A stretch of 64,000 nt of DNA, from assembly GCA_964447495.1 (NCBI GenBank), contig CAYUTF010000002.1, positions 37,288-101,287 on the forward strand. Reading direction: 5' to 3'. The stretch comes from an uncultured archaeon. GTDB lineage: Archaea; Asgardarchaeota; Lokiarchaeia; Sigyniarchaeales; SOKP01. Under the pieces are notes generated by a model. It was given only the letters and a program-made list of their open reading frames with translations. It had not been told where the DNA came from and ran no database searches. Shown here piece by piece: positions 39,754-48,693 of the stretch (the stretch's first letter is position 1; each line of letters opens with the position of its first letter). The position numbers and the translations under genes were made by a program.

Positions 39754-41454
39754 TTAAAAATAATACTTTCTTACTTCTCTGATTACTAAATTAATCAAAT
39801 CACTATCTTTCTTGATAGGATATAAGTTCACTTTTTTAGAGAGGTCCTTAAACTTATTTTTAGGAATTTTAGAGGATCCAATGAAAAACCCAACAACATG
39901 ATGCCCTTGGTCTGTTAAAGTTAGGAACAACTTTTTGGAAGCATTCCAATTATAAATTCCAAAATCAGTAATAATAAAGACCAAAACATTATTAGTGGCA
40001 ATTTTACATTGATTAGAAATTGCTTTCAGTGGGAGTTGAGTGCCTCCACCTTGATATCTCAGTAAAGTTTCTTCTGCTAAATGATAATTTGATGTCCAAT
40101 TGCATGTATCTGCTATGTTAGAAAAATTAATTACGCTAAATTTTATTGCTTTTTGCGCAGCAAAGTGAAGTGCCGCAAAAGCTGCAATTAATGCAGTATG
40201 ATAAGTTCCTGTGGGATGCTTTTTATTATAATTCCAATTCATTGAACCTGAAGAATCAATAACAAGTAAAAGATCTGGTATTTGTACTTCACGAATTATT
40301 CCATCATGTTCTCTCTTTACCCATTTTCGTGTTGTAATATTTGGTATAATAATTGGACTGTTTAGTAGAGTTTGAGTTATATCTAATTCCTCTATAGGAT
40401 CCCCTAATCGCCATGTTTCTGGAAAAATGGGCAATTCTTCTCCCTTTTTCTCTTCATATATTTTAATTTGGATTAAATCTTTAGCTTTTCCTCTATACCA
40501 TGTAGCTAAAGGATTCAAATCTAAGAGAATTCCTGCTTGACTCGCAGGAGCTCCAAATTCTGAATAAGGTGTTTCTTTTGCAAAATCCTCTGCTTTTTGA
40601 GTTAAAGTATCCTTATTATCGGGTTTTAATTTATCAATATTTCTACTTTCGATGGGATTATCCATTATTTCTATAATATCTTCTGGAATTTCAATATACA
40701 TATTTTCTTCTGCAGGAGATTTCTTATTAACGAAATTTTTTCTTTTTTTGTGTTTGATGTCGACTAGATTAAATGTTACATTTATTAATGGCTGTAAAAT
40801 TAAAGCGAGTTTTGATACTTTTTTCTCCCATAAAGATTCATCTTCAAATTTATTAGAGATAATCTCTTCTGCCCTCTCTGCTAGAAGATTTAATTCATCA
40901 GGTATTTTACTCTTTAGAAGTGTGATTTTTAACAATTTTTCATAAACACAAAAAAGAAATATGGAGAAATCACTCATTCTTTTATGATGAGCTTCTAATA
41001 TATGATTGTAAGTGGTTTTAAGTTCCCAAGATATAAGTTTAGGGTGTTTTGCGTATAACTTTGTATCAATAATTAAATCGGAAAACAAATTTACTACGAT
41101 TGGAGCAAAAGTTTCATTAATATGTTTCATTGCTGCTTTTAATAACTTAGCATTAGTGAATCCATCATAAGGAATGATCTGATAATGAGATACTTCGTGT
41201 AATGTAATAGCATAAAAAAAATTAATATAATCGTCATCGTTTAAAAAAACCGGACAATTTGCTAAATTCATTGTAATTTGCCATCTATGAATAGGATCTA
41301 TATAAAATCCTTCTCTATTTGAATAATCAAATACGAAATTTGGTTCACTTAAAGGAGGAAAGTAAAATTCAGCAAGAGTTTTATTAAATGCTACTTTGGC
41401 AAATGTTATGACTTTTTTCTCTTTATCGTTTAAGTCTCTATTTTTAGCGCTCAT
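39754..41454 (-). CDS. vWA domain protein with N-terminal HExxH metallopeptidase-like motif
   Basis: LHEVSHY; MIDAS DSSGS..GGT..ITD. Confidence 0.8.
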   Translation of the reverse strand: MSAKNRDLNDKEKKVITFAKVAFNKTLAEFYFPPLSEPNFVFDYSNREGFYIDPIHRWQITMNLANCPVFLNDDDYINFFYAITLHEVSHYQIIPYDGFTNAKLLKAAMKHINETFAPIVVNLFSDLIIDTKLYAKHPKLISWELKTTYNHILEAHHKRMSDFSIFLFCVYEKLLKITLLKSKIPDELNLLAERAEEIISNKFEDESLWEKKVSKLALILQPLINVTFNLVDIKHKKRKNFVNKKSPAEENMYIEIPEDIIEIMDNPIESRNIDKLKPDNKDTLTQKAEDFAKETPYSEFGAPASQAGILLDLNPLATWYRGKAKDLIQIKIYEEKKGEELPIFPETWRLGDPIEELDITQTLLNSPIIIPNITTRKWVKREHDGIIREVQIPDLLLVIDSSGSMNWNYNKKHPTGTYHTALIAAFAALHFAAQKAIKFSVINFSNIADTCNWTSNYHLAEETLLRYQGGGTQLPLKAISNQCKIATNNVLVFIITDFGIYNWNASKKLFLTLTDQGHHVVGFFIGSSKIPKNKFKDLSKKVNLYPIKKDSDLINLVIREVRKYYF

Positions 41455-41800
41455 CCCTATTAACTGAGTTATATTTATGATATTTTGTAGTTAAATCATT
41501 TATTCTTATTATAAGAGGATATTTATTTTTTTTATTCCTTAGACTTATATAAGCAATAATATAATAATAATTTATAATTACAATAACTCTTAGAACTTTT
41601 AAATTTAAAAGGTTTGCAATAAGATTATCCAATCCAAATTTAATAATAAAAGATTATAGAAAATTTCTCTTTAAGATCACCTATTAAAATTGACATAATA
41701 AAAGTAGTAAATAAGCAATCACTTGAATTTGCCCATTTTGCGAGTATTTGGAAGAAAAAGCCATCCATGGAAATAAAGAATAATAAAATATTGATGTGTT

Positions 41801-42487
41801 TTGGTAATTTTAGATATGTCGTATGTTTATATGAAAGCATTGGAAAAAAAGGCGAAAAAATATGATAAAGGAATAAGATTTTTAACGTTAGGACGACTTC
41901 CGAAAATCAAAAGTTATATTTCAGATACTATAGTTCAGAAGAATGATACTATTTTAGATATCGGCATGGGCACGGGAACATTCGCAATTTTATGTGCAAA
42001 AAAAGGAGCAAATGTTATTGGTATTGACAATTCAGAAAAAATGCTGGAAGTGGCAAAAAAAAATATTGAAGTAAAAAGATTAATGCATAGGATCCAAATC
42101 ATTAAAATGCCAGTCATTGAATTAGATCACCAATTTTCTGATAATTCATTTGATAAAATTACTGCTATATTAGCATTTAGTGAACTTTATCAGGACGAGC
42201 AAAATTTTTGCTTGAAACAGATAAATAGAATATTACGCGATGATGGTGAATTTATTTTAGTTGATGAAGTTAAACCTAAAAAAATTTTGAAAAAAATTGC
42301 ATATCTTATTATTAGACTACCTTTAGTGTTTATCACATATCTAAAATCTCAATTAACCACTAAATCTTTAAAAAACATTGAAGAGAGACTAAAAAATTAT
42401 AATTTTTCTTTAATTGAAGAAAAATATTTTTTATTAGATACTTTAAAATTATTTAGGTTGAAAAAGAGGATTAACACTGAGATGTGA
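41801..42487 (+). CDS. Corrinoid-protein-associated SAM methyltransferase (CpaM-like)
   Basis: LDIGMGTG..GIDNSEKM; overlaps an HgcAB-like gene. The start may be MSYVYM (41816). Confidence 0.7.
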   Translation: MVILDMSYVYMKALEKKAKKYDKGIRFLTLGRLPKIKSYISDTIVQKNDTILDIGMGTGTFAILCAKKGANVIGIDNSEKMLEVAKKNIEVKRLMHRIQIIKMPVIELDHQFSDNSFDKITAILAFSELYQDEQNFCLKQINRILRDDGEFILVDEVKPKKILKKIAYLIIRLPLVFITYLKSQLTTKSLKNIEERLKNYNFSLIEEKYFLLDTLKLFRLKKRINTEM

Positions 42488-43584
42488 GAAAAATGAGGAT
42501 AAAAGATAGAGTAAAATTATTTTTTAGCTTTTTTTTTAGATGGACTGGTTTCCCTATAGAACCAACCCTTATAAAAGTTGGAAACCCTACAAATGAAAGT
42601 CCAGTTCTGCTTACATGTAATTTCATTTTAACAGTTAGGCGAGTTTTAAAGGCAATTAAAAAGCTTGACTGCTTTTTATTAATCGCTCCTTCCAAAGGAA
42701 TTAATGTATGGTGTGGAGCGTGTGGAGATGATTTTCATACAGATTCAGTCTTATCAATTATAAAAACCAGCGGGATTAACGATGTTGTGTCTAATAGGAC
42801 TTTAATTTTACCTCAATTAAGCGCTCCTGGAATAGATCCAACAATTATTAAAAAAAAATCGGGATGGACAGCAATATTTGGACCAGTTTATGCAAAAGAT
42901 ATTCCATCATTTATTAATAGTAAACTTAAAAAATCAGAGTCACAAAAAATAGTTAGATTTCCGATTTCTCATAGAGCTGAAATGGCTACATTATATTTCT
43001 CTATTTTAATTCTTTTATTTTCAATTATCTTTTGGATTGTTGCCATTTTTTTATCAATCTTGAATCTAATACTTTATTTAGAGACCGTCTCAATTTTAGC
43101 GATTATTATTTATGGCTCTATGCTGATTTTACCCAGTATTCCCTTTAAATCTGGAAAAATAATGGTATGGATTTATGAGGGTTTTGTTCTTCTCTTAATA
43201 GTACTATTCAATCTATTCATAATGGTTAGTATTTTTCATCTAATATGGAACATAATCTTTTCTTTTTTAATTTCAATGATTATGGCAGAAGATTTCCATG
43301 GGTTAACCCCAATTTATAAAAGTGAATTAGGTGAAAAAACTTGGAAGAAAGGTAATGAAAAAATGAGATTTTTATTTGGTGAATACAAATTACAGCCATA
43401 TGGTCAGATTGCTATTATGAGAGATAAATGCATTGGATGTAAAGTATGTTTAGAAGTCTGTCCGAGAAGTTTATATGTATATAATGAAATTGATAAAAAG
43501 GTTGATTTAAGAACTCCTGAAAAATGCATAAATTGTAATGCTTGCGTTAAAAGATGTTTAGCCCAATGTCTTGAAATAAAGTAA
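42484..43584 (+). CDS. HgcAB-like fusion: corrinoid-binding domain, TM helices and 2x[4Fe-4S] ferredoxin
   Basis: SPVLLTCNF, GINVWCGACG cap-helix-like motif, LILPQLSAPG, FGPVYAKDIP, 4-5 TM segments, CIGCKVCLEVCP and CINCNACVKRC. Confidence 0.8.
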   Translation: MRKMRIKDRVKLFFSFFFRWTGFPIEPTLIKVGNPTNESPVLLTCNFILTVRRVLKAIKKLDCFLLIAPSKGINVWCGACGDDFHTDSVLSIIKTSGINDVVSNRTLILPQLSAPGIDPTIIKKKSGWTAIFGPVYAKDIPSFINSKLKKSESQKIVRFPISHRAEMATLYFSILILLFSIIFWIVAIFLSILNLILYLETVSILAIIIYGSMLILPSIPFKSGKIMVWIYEGFVLLLIVLFNLFIMVSIFHLIWNIIFSFLISMIMAEDFHGLTPIYKSELGEKTWKKGNEKMRFLFGEYKLQPYGQIAIMRDKCIGCKVCLEVCPRSLYVYNEIDKKVDLRTPEKCINCNACVKRCLAQCLEIK

Positions 43585-43661
43585 GTATTAATGAAATACA
43601 TTGTCATATGCTCACGTTCATAATATATGTTGTATTAATCTAAAATAAAAATGTTCATTCG

Positions 43662-44234
43662 ATGGTTATAATGCCTAATTCAAACAATACAAAAATGAAT
43701 GATGGGGAATTACCACGCTCTGGATCGGTTATGTTTAATTTTCATTTTCAAAATGAAGAGGATAAGAAAAAGGTTTTAAAGCGATGGCAAAAAATAAATA
43801 AATATTTAATGATTCCATTGTATAGAGTGAAATTGCTACCGTTATTAGGATTTGGGAAAATTTTTTTGATTTTAAAGACAAAAGGAAGGAAAACGGGAAA
43901 AATAAGAAGAACTCCATTAGAATATAGACGATACAACGATACTATTACCATTTTTGCTTCAAGAGGGGAAGATACAATGTGGGTAAAAAATCTGCGTTCA
44001 CATCCAGAGGATGTGTCAGTAATGTATGGATTCCATCATTTTAAACCTCAAATAGAATTTATTGAAGATAAAAATCAAAAACTTACAATTATGAAATGGT
44101 ATGTAAAGAATTTTGGAAAAGCAGCAAAAATGCTTTTTGGATGGGATCCAAAAAATGATGATCCTGAAACAATTGATTTTACAAAATTAATAAATTTGAT
44201 ATCTATTATCTTACTTCATAAAATTAGTAAATGA
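43662..44234 (+). CDS. Deazaflavin (F420)-dependent nitroreductase-family oxidoreductase
   Basis: LILKTKGRKTGKIRRTPLEY..ASRG..WVKNLRSHP. Confidence 0.8.
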   Translation: MVIMPNSNNTKMNDGELPRSGSVMFNFHFQNEEDKKKVLKRWQKINKYLMIPLYRVKLLPLLGFGKIFLILKTKGRKTGKIRRTPLEYRRYNDTITIFASRGEDTMWVKNLRSHPEDVSVMYGFHHFKPQIEFIEDKNQKLTIMKWYVKNFGKAAKMLFGWDPKNDDPETIDFTKLINLISIILLHKISK

Positions 44235-44255
44235 ATTATTAAAGTAGTTGAAAAA

Positions 44256-46043
44256 TTATCCTTCTTTTTCAATATATTCTAAATTTTCTAAAAGAGATCT
44301 TAACTTTAAGGCATTTGCACCTCCAGATACCTGTATATTAACTATTGAATCCTCATCCGTACCAGTAACATTGGTTTCGATTAATACCTTTTCTGCTCGT
44401 ATCTGTTTTGTTTGCCGTTTACTTAATGCTTCTTTTAAGGGTTGATCCAAATTTGGAAATTCAGCAGCAATTTCTACCCAGACTTCTTTTTGATGAGAAT
44501 ATTTAAACGTAAAATCTGAGACTGTTTGTTTATAAAGTTCTTGATCGCACCAATTAATTAGATAGGCTCTATTAGGAAATTCAAGATCATCAATTAAATT
44601 ATTCCTAATTTCAGATAAACTTTTAATATCTCCATTCTTCACAGCGATATCTATTTTTCTAGCTAATTTTGAATACTTTTTTGCTTTTACTGATTTTATA
44701 AAAGAGATCAGATCAAATTTAACTATTAAATCGTTCATTGCATAATTATCGAGCATTTTTAAATCATTTACTTCTGGAGTTCCATCACGAAAACGAGTAG
44801 CTATTTCATAACAGGGCTTTCGATTAATATATCGTTTCTTAATTTCTTCTAAAACATGTTTAGTAAACTCATATTTATTACCCCAGAATGGTGCTTTCTC
44901 CAATTCTCGTGATGTATATTTCACGCGATGGGATATTATGTAAGGTGCAATTGTATTTACAATATTAATATCAACTATATTCAAGTTTAATAACCATGCT
45001 AAAGCTTTAGAATATCTAAGAAGATCTTTTGCTACTCTTACACTTAGAATGGAATCAATTTTATTGCAAACGCTTTGTTCGGTGTTGAAATGACATCCAG
45101 AACACAATCCAGAACTGGGTTTGATATTTTCAGAATTCCCCTTATCTACGCGAGCACATAAAGTATATTCTCTTATTATTGCATGAATATAATTATTCAC
45201 TTCTGTTTCGAATTTCATCTTGTTTACATGGTACCAAATTTCCATGAGACCATCAATATGTAAGATTTTAGGTACTTCAATCAATTCATCATATCCAGAA
45301 TATTTTTCGTCCTTTCCTGTAAGTATTAATGATAAATCATTACTTGTTGGCATTGAGATAGGAACTGATATTCCAAAACGATCTAGAAACGGTTGAGACA
45401 GTTTTCGAATAATTTGGAAATCAAATTAAATTTCGAATGTCCCAACATCTTGTGGATTTATAGTAGCATAAAGCGTGTATTTTTCTATAGTATTAATGGC
45501 ATCGTAATATTTTACTTTTCCTTCAGCTAATAAGGATAAAAGAATATCTTGGGCATATGGTGTCAATCTGTTGACCTCATCGATAATTTTCCAAAATCCA
45601 GTTACAAATTGCCTCCAAACGACTACTTCTTCCCCGTCTTTCATTAACTTTCCTAATTTTAAAGTCCCTGTAAGTTTTTCTTCTGTGAGTTGCGGTTAGC
45701 CGTTAAACGCTGAGAGCGATTAACTATGACCCCTTACAATGGAACTTTCAATTTGATCCAATGTCATACCAGTGAACATCCTACCTAATAGTTTAACTAA
45801 AGTAGTTTTACCCCCACCATGTCCTCCAACTAATAACATAGCAGAGTTTGGTACTAGCGCATTTAAAACACACATAGATAAAATTTCAGGCAATGTATTT
45901 GTTATAAGCTTCTTCTTATCCTCATTAAAATATTTAACTTCCAAATTTTTAGAATGAACAAATAATTGATTTGCTTGGATGAGGTTAATAGTGTTCCATA
46001 CTTTTTTTCTTAATGATTCTTCTTCTCCTAATATATTTGACAT
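44256..46043 (-). CDS. MoxR-like AAA+ ATPase; three exons (46043-45726, 45695-45432, 45401-44256), 575 aa when spliced
   Basis: Walker A GGHGGGKT and Walker B IIDEVNR. The three track ORFs share one frame. Removing two 30-nt inserts (318+264+1146=1728 nt) gives RGHPQLTEEKL and NPQDVGTFELSQPFLDRFG. Confidence 0.85.
45402..45431 (-). other. Putative 30-nt BHB-type mRNA intron (phase 0)
   Basis: AUUUAAUUUGAUUUCCAAAUUAUUCGAAAA. Exon stem GGGACA/UGUCUC, helix UUCG/CGAA, bulges AA^A and AA^C, 7-bp intron stem. Contains an in-frame UAA. Confidence 0.82.
45696..45725 (-). other. Putative 30-nt BHB-type mRNA intron (phase 0)
   Basis: AGUUAAUCGCUCUCAGCGUUUAACGGCUAA. Helix GGUC/GGCU, bulges AU^A and AA^C, stems GUUAA/UUAAC and CGCU/AGCG. 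Contains two in-frame UAA. Confidence 0.82.
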
Positions 46044-46156
46044 AAAGATTATCTTTCAAAGATTTTTATTATTATTTTAATTATGGTTCTATAGTATTTA
46101 TAAAATAGTATTACAAAATTAATAGAGAAGGGAGAATCAATTTAGTTATAAAACAA

Positions 46157-47749
46157 TTAAAACGTGTATTTTTTCCGTTTCTCGGGTAAAATAATGTTCC
46201 CTGAAAGTCCAAATTCAGTAAAGGTTTCTGCATGCTCAGTATGCACTGGAATGATATTATCGGCTTGAATTGTGGATAACGTAGAAATCAAGTCCTCTAC
46301 ATTAACATGTCCCGAGGAATGGATGGTTTCAGTCTTGATAACACCAAATTTATTCAACCATGCATTTAATTTTTTATCTTGAATAACCATTTCTTCATTA
46401 AATGGATCTGTTGTAGAATTTATGAATAATATAGAATCTTGTTTCTGATCTAAATCAATTAATTCGTTCATCATAAAATAATCAAGATACATTAGGTACT
46501 TATCCGGCTCAGCTTTAACATCTTTATAATTGATATAATTTTCTTCTTTTAAAATGATTCGTTCAAATTTTTTATAATCTTCTGATTCGAATTTACCCCA
46601 TCCTTTCCGTGGTAAATAAATCGATAAAAAGTCATCATTAAATTCAGGTAAATTGTAATCTCTATAAAATTCTTTAATATTTTCCTCCTCCATCTCATCA
46701 AGTTTTTTCTTTAATGATTCAATATACATATGAATTTTTGGAGTTATAGCAATAATACGGTTATTTTTCTTAGCCAAATTATAATATAGTAAGAGTCTAT
46801 CAAGATTTCTGGATGGATAATTGAATAAAATTAAACCATGATAGTTATTAATTAATTCTCCAGAAATCTCTTGGACATCTTTCTCCGATTGAGTATCATC
46901 TTTAAATTTTTCATTCTTAAAATCCTCAACAGAAGGCACACGTGTTCCTTCTGTGATTATTGTTATAGGATTAGACTTTTTAGCATTATTAATAAAAGTT
47001 CTTACCCAATCACTATGTAATCCATGTGTTCTAAAATCTCCGGTATAAATGATACTTCTTCCGTCGTGTTCTATAATATAGGAACATGCTCCTGGAATGG
47101 AATGGTCTACAGGATACTGCGTAATTTTAATCTCTCCATTAGATGTATTAAAGAAATAAGGCTTACTAGAATCCATCAGTTTAATTTTCCTTAAACAATC
47201 GTGTTTCTTATAATCAGTTCTCTTTGCTCTTTTATATTGAATTTCATCATTAGTTTTTTGCTTCTTTTTTGGAACTTGCTTGAATGCCTCATAAAAATGC
47301 AAAATCTCAGGAACTAATGGATCAGAAGAAATTTCATCTAAATAATTAGCAATTGCTTCTGTTATCCAATTCATATATATTGGGGTACTTTTCTTAAGGA
47401 AGCCTAAGAACTTACAATGATCTAAATGTGCGTGAGTTAGAAAACAAGCATCGATTAGATTATCATCAGAGGGCGTTATATTGTATCTTCCTGAACGTAA
47501 TTTTTCTTTAAATGGTAGAATAAAATCATTTCTGTATATTTTATTGATTGGAGGGATAAGTCCTAAATATAAATAGTCAATAACACCATTAAATTTTCGA
47601 GGATTGAGGAAATTTGAAAAATATTGATTCATATCTTTAAAGGATAATCCAAAATCAAAACAGAAGGTTTTATCTCCATTCTTTATAAAGATTTTATTTC
47701 CTCCAATCTCGTTTATACCACCATATATAGAAACTTGCATGAAAAACAA
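46157..47749 (-). CDS. MBL-fold metallohydrolase, RNase J-like
   Basis: GGINEIGGNKI, FDFG, THAHLDH, DHSIPGA, YTGDFR, IHSSGH and IIPVHTE. Confidence 0.82.
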   Translation of the reverse strand: MFFMQVSIYGGINEIGGNKIFIKNGDKTFCFDFGLSFKDMNQYFSNFLNPRKFNGVIDYLYLGLIPPINKIYRNDFILPFKEKLRSGRYNITPSDDNLIDACFLTHAHLDHCKFLGFLKKSTPIYMNWITEAIANYLDEISSDPLVPEILHFYEAFKQVPKKKQKTNDEIQYKRAKRTDYKKHDCLRKIKLMDSSKPYFFNTSNGEIKITQYPVDHSIPGACSYIIEHDGRSIIYTGDFRTHGLHSDWVRTFINNAKKSNPITIITEGTRVPSVEDFKNEKFKDDTQSEKDVQEISGELINNYHGLILFNYPSRNLDRLLLYYNLAKKNNRIIAITPKIHMYIESLKKKLDEMEEENIKEFYRDYNLPEFNDDFLSIYLPRKGWGKFESEDYKKFERIILKEENYINYKDVKAEPDKYLMYLDYFMMNELIDLDQKQDSILFINSTTDPFNEEMVIQDKKLNAWLNKFGVIKTETIHSSGHVNVEDLISTLSTIQADNIIPVHTEHAETFTEFGLSGNIILPEKRKKYTF

Positions 47750-47881
47750 CCAGATTATTAAGATGATGTAAATATCGCAATTGAATTTTTTCTTATAATA
47801 GTATAATACAAATATAGGTTTAAAAAATCGTTTATTATTGCGAGACTATGGAAAATTATTAGTATTTATACTAAAATAAAC

Positions 47882-48238
47882 TTAAAAATAACCTAAATGA
47901 CCCAAATTTTTTCCATTCTCGTCTAAAATATATACTATACCAAGTGAAAGTGAATCCGCTTCATTAGTAGATTTAGTGGGTTTTGCAACCTTTTTTAGGG
48001 TTTCAAGCTTTAATATATAAACTCTATTACACTTCTTGCATTTAATATATATTTTTTTTGTAATTTTTTCGTCGTCTTCAGATTCTTCGATTTTAAAAGG
48101 TTCTAATAATTTTATATCCTCATTATCACATCCTGGTAAGAAGCATGCATCTAATGATATCCGTTCCATTCCACGGCGAGCCAGAGATATGTATGCATAA
48201 CTAGGAATTTCTTGTCTTAAATCTTCATAATCATCCAT
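47882..48238 (-). CDS. Hypothetical protein with four Cys (possible Zn finger)
   Basis: CFLPGC..CKKC. Confidence 0.6.
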   Translation of the reverse strand: MDDYEDLRQEIPSYAYISLARRGMERISLDACFLPGCDNEDIKLLEPFKIEESEDDEKITKKIYIKCKKCNRVYILKLETLKKVAKPTKSTNEADSLSLGIVYILDENGKNLGHLGYF

Positions 48239-48381
48239 ATGCTAGAAAAAGAATTGAGTTTTTTAATTATTATTATTATTTTCTAAAATAAGTTTTTAAG
48301 ATATTAAGTAAGTGTATAAAAAACCTTATTTAAAATCGAGGATTAATTACTCTGATAAATATACCTAAATTCAAGAAAGAT

Positions 48382-48693
48382 ATGGCCCCTAAAAAGGAAA
48401 TTTCAAAAGAAATTTTAGATTATATATCTAAATTAGCCCTATTAGAATTAAGTGAGGAAGAACAAGAAGATTTTATAAATCAGTTAGAGAATATTCTAAA
48501 TTACTTTAAAAAACTAGAAGATTTAAACACAGAAAATATTGAACCTACACGTCATCCCATTGAGGGTTTAAAAAATGTTTTTCGAGACGATATTCCTTGG
48601 AAATCTCTTTCTAAGAGAGATGCTTTAAAGAATGCTAAATATACTAAAGATGGTTATTTTAAAGCTCCAAAAGTAATAAAAGATAAAAATTAA
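48382..48693 (+). CDS. gatC: Asp/Glu-tRNA amidotransferase subunit C
   Basis: ISKLALLELSEEE..ILNYFKKL..NVFRDD..GYFKAPKVI. Confidence 0.9.
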   Translation: MAPKKEISKEILDYISKLALLELSEEEQEDFINQLENILNYFKKLEDLNTENIEPTRHPIEGLKNVFRDDIPWKSLSKRDALKNAKYTKDGYFKAPKVIKDKN

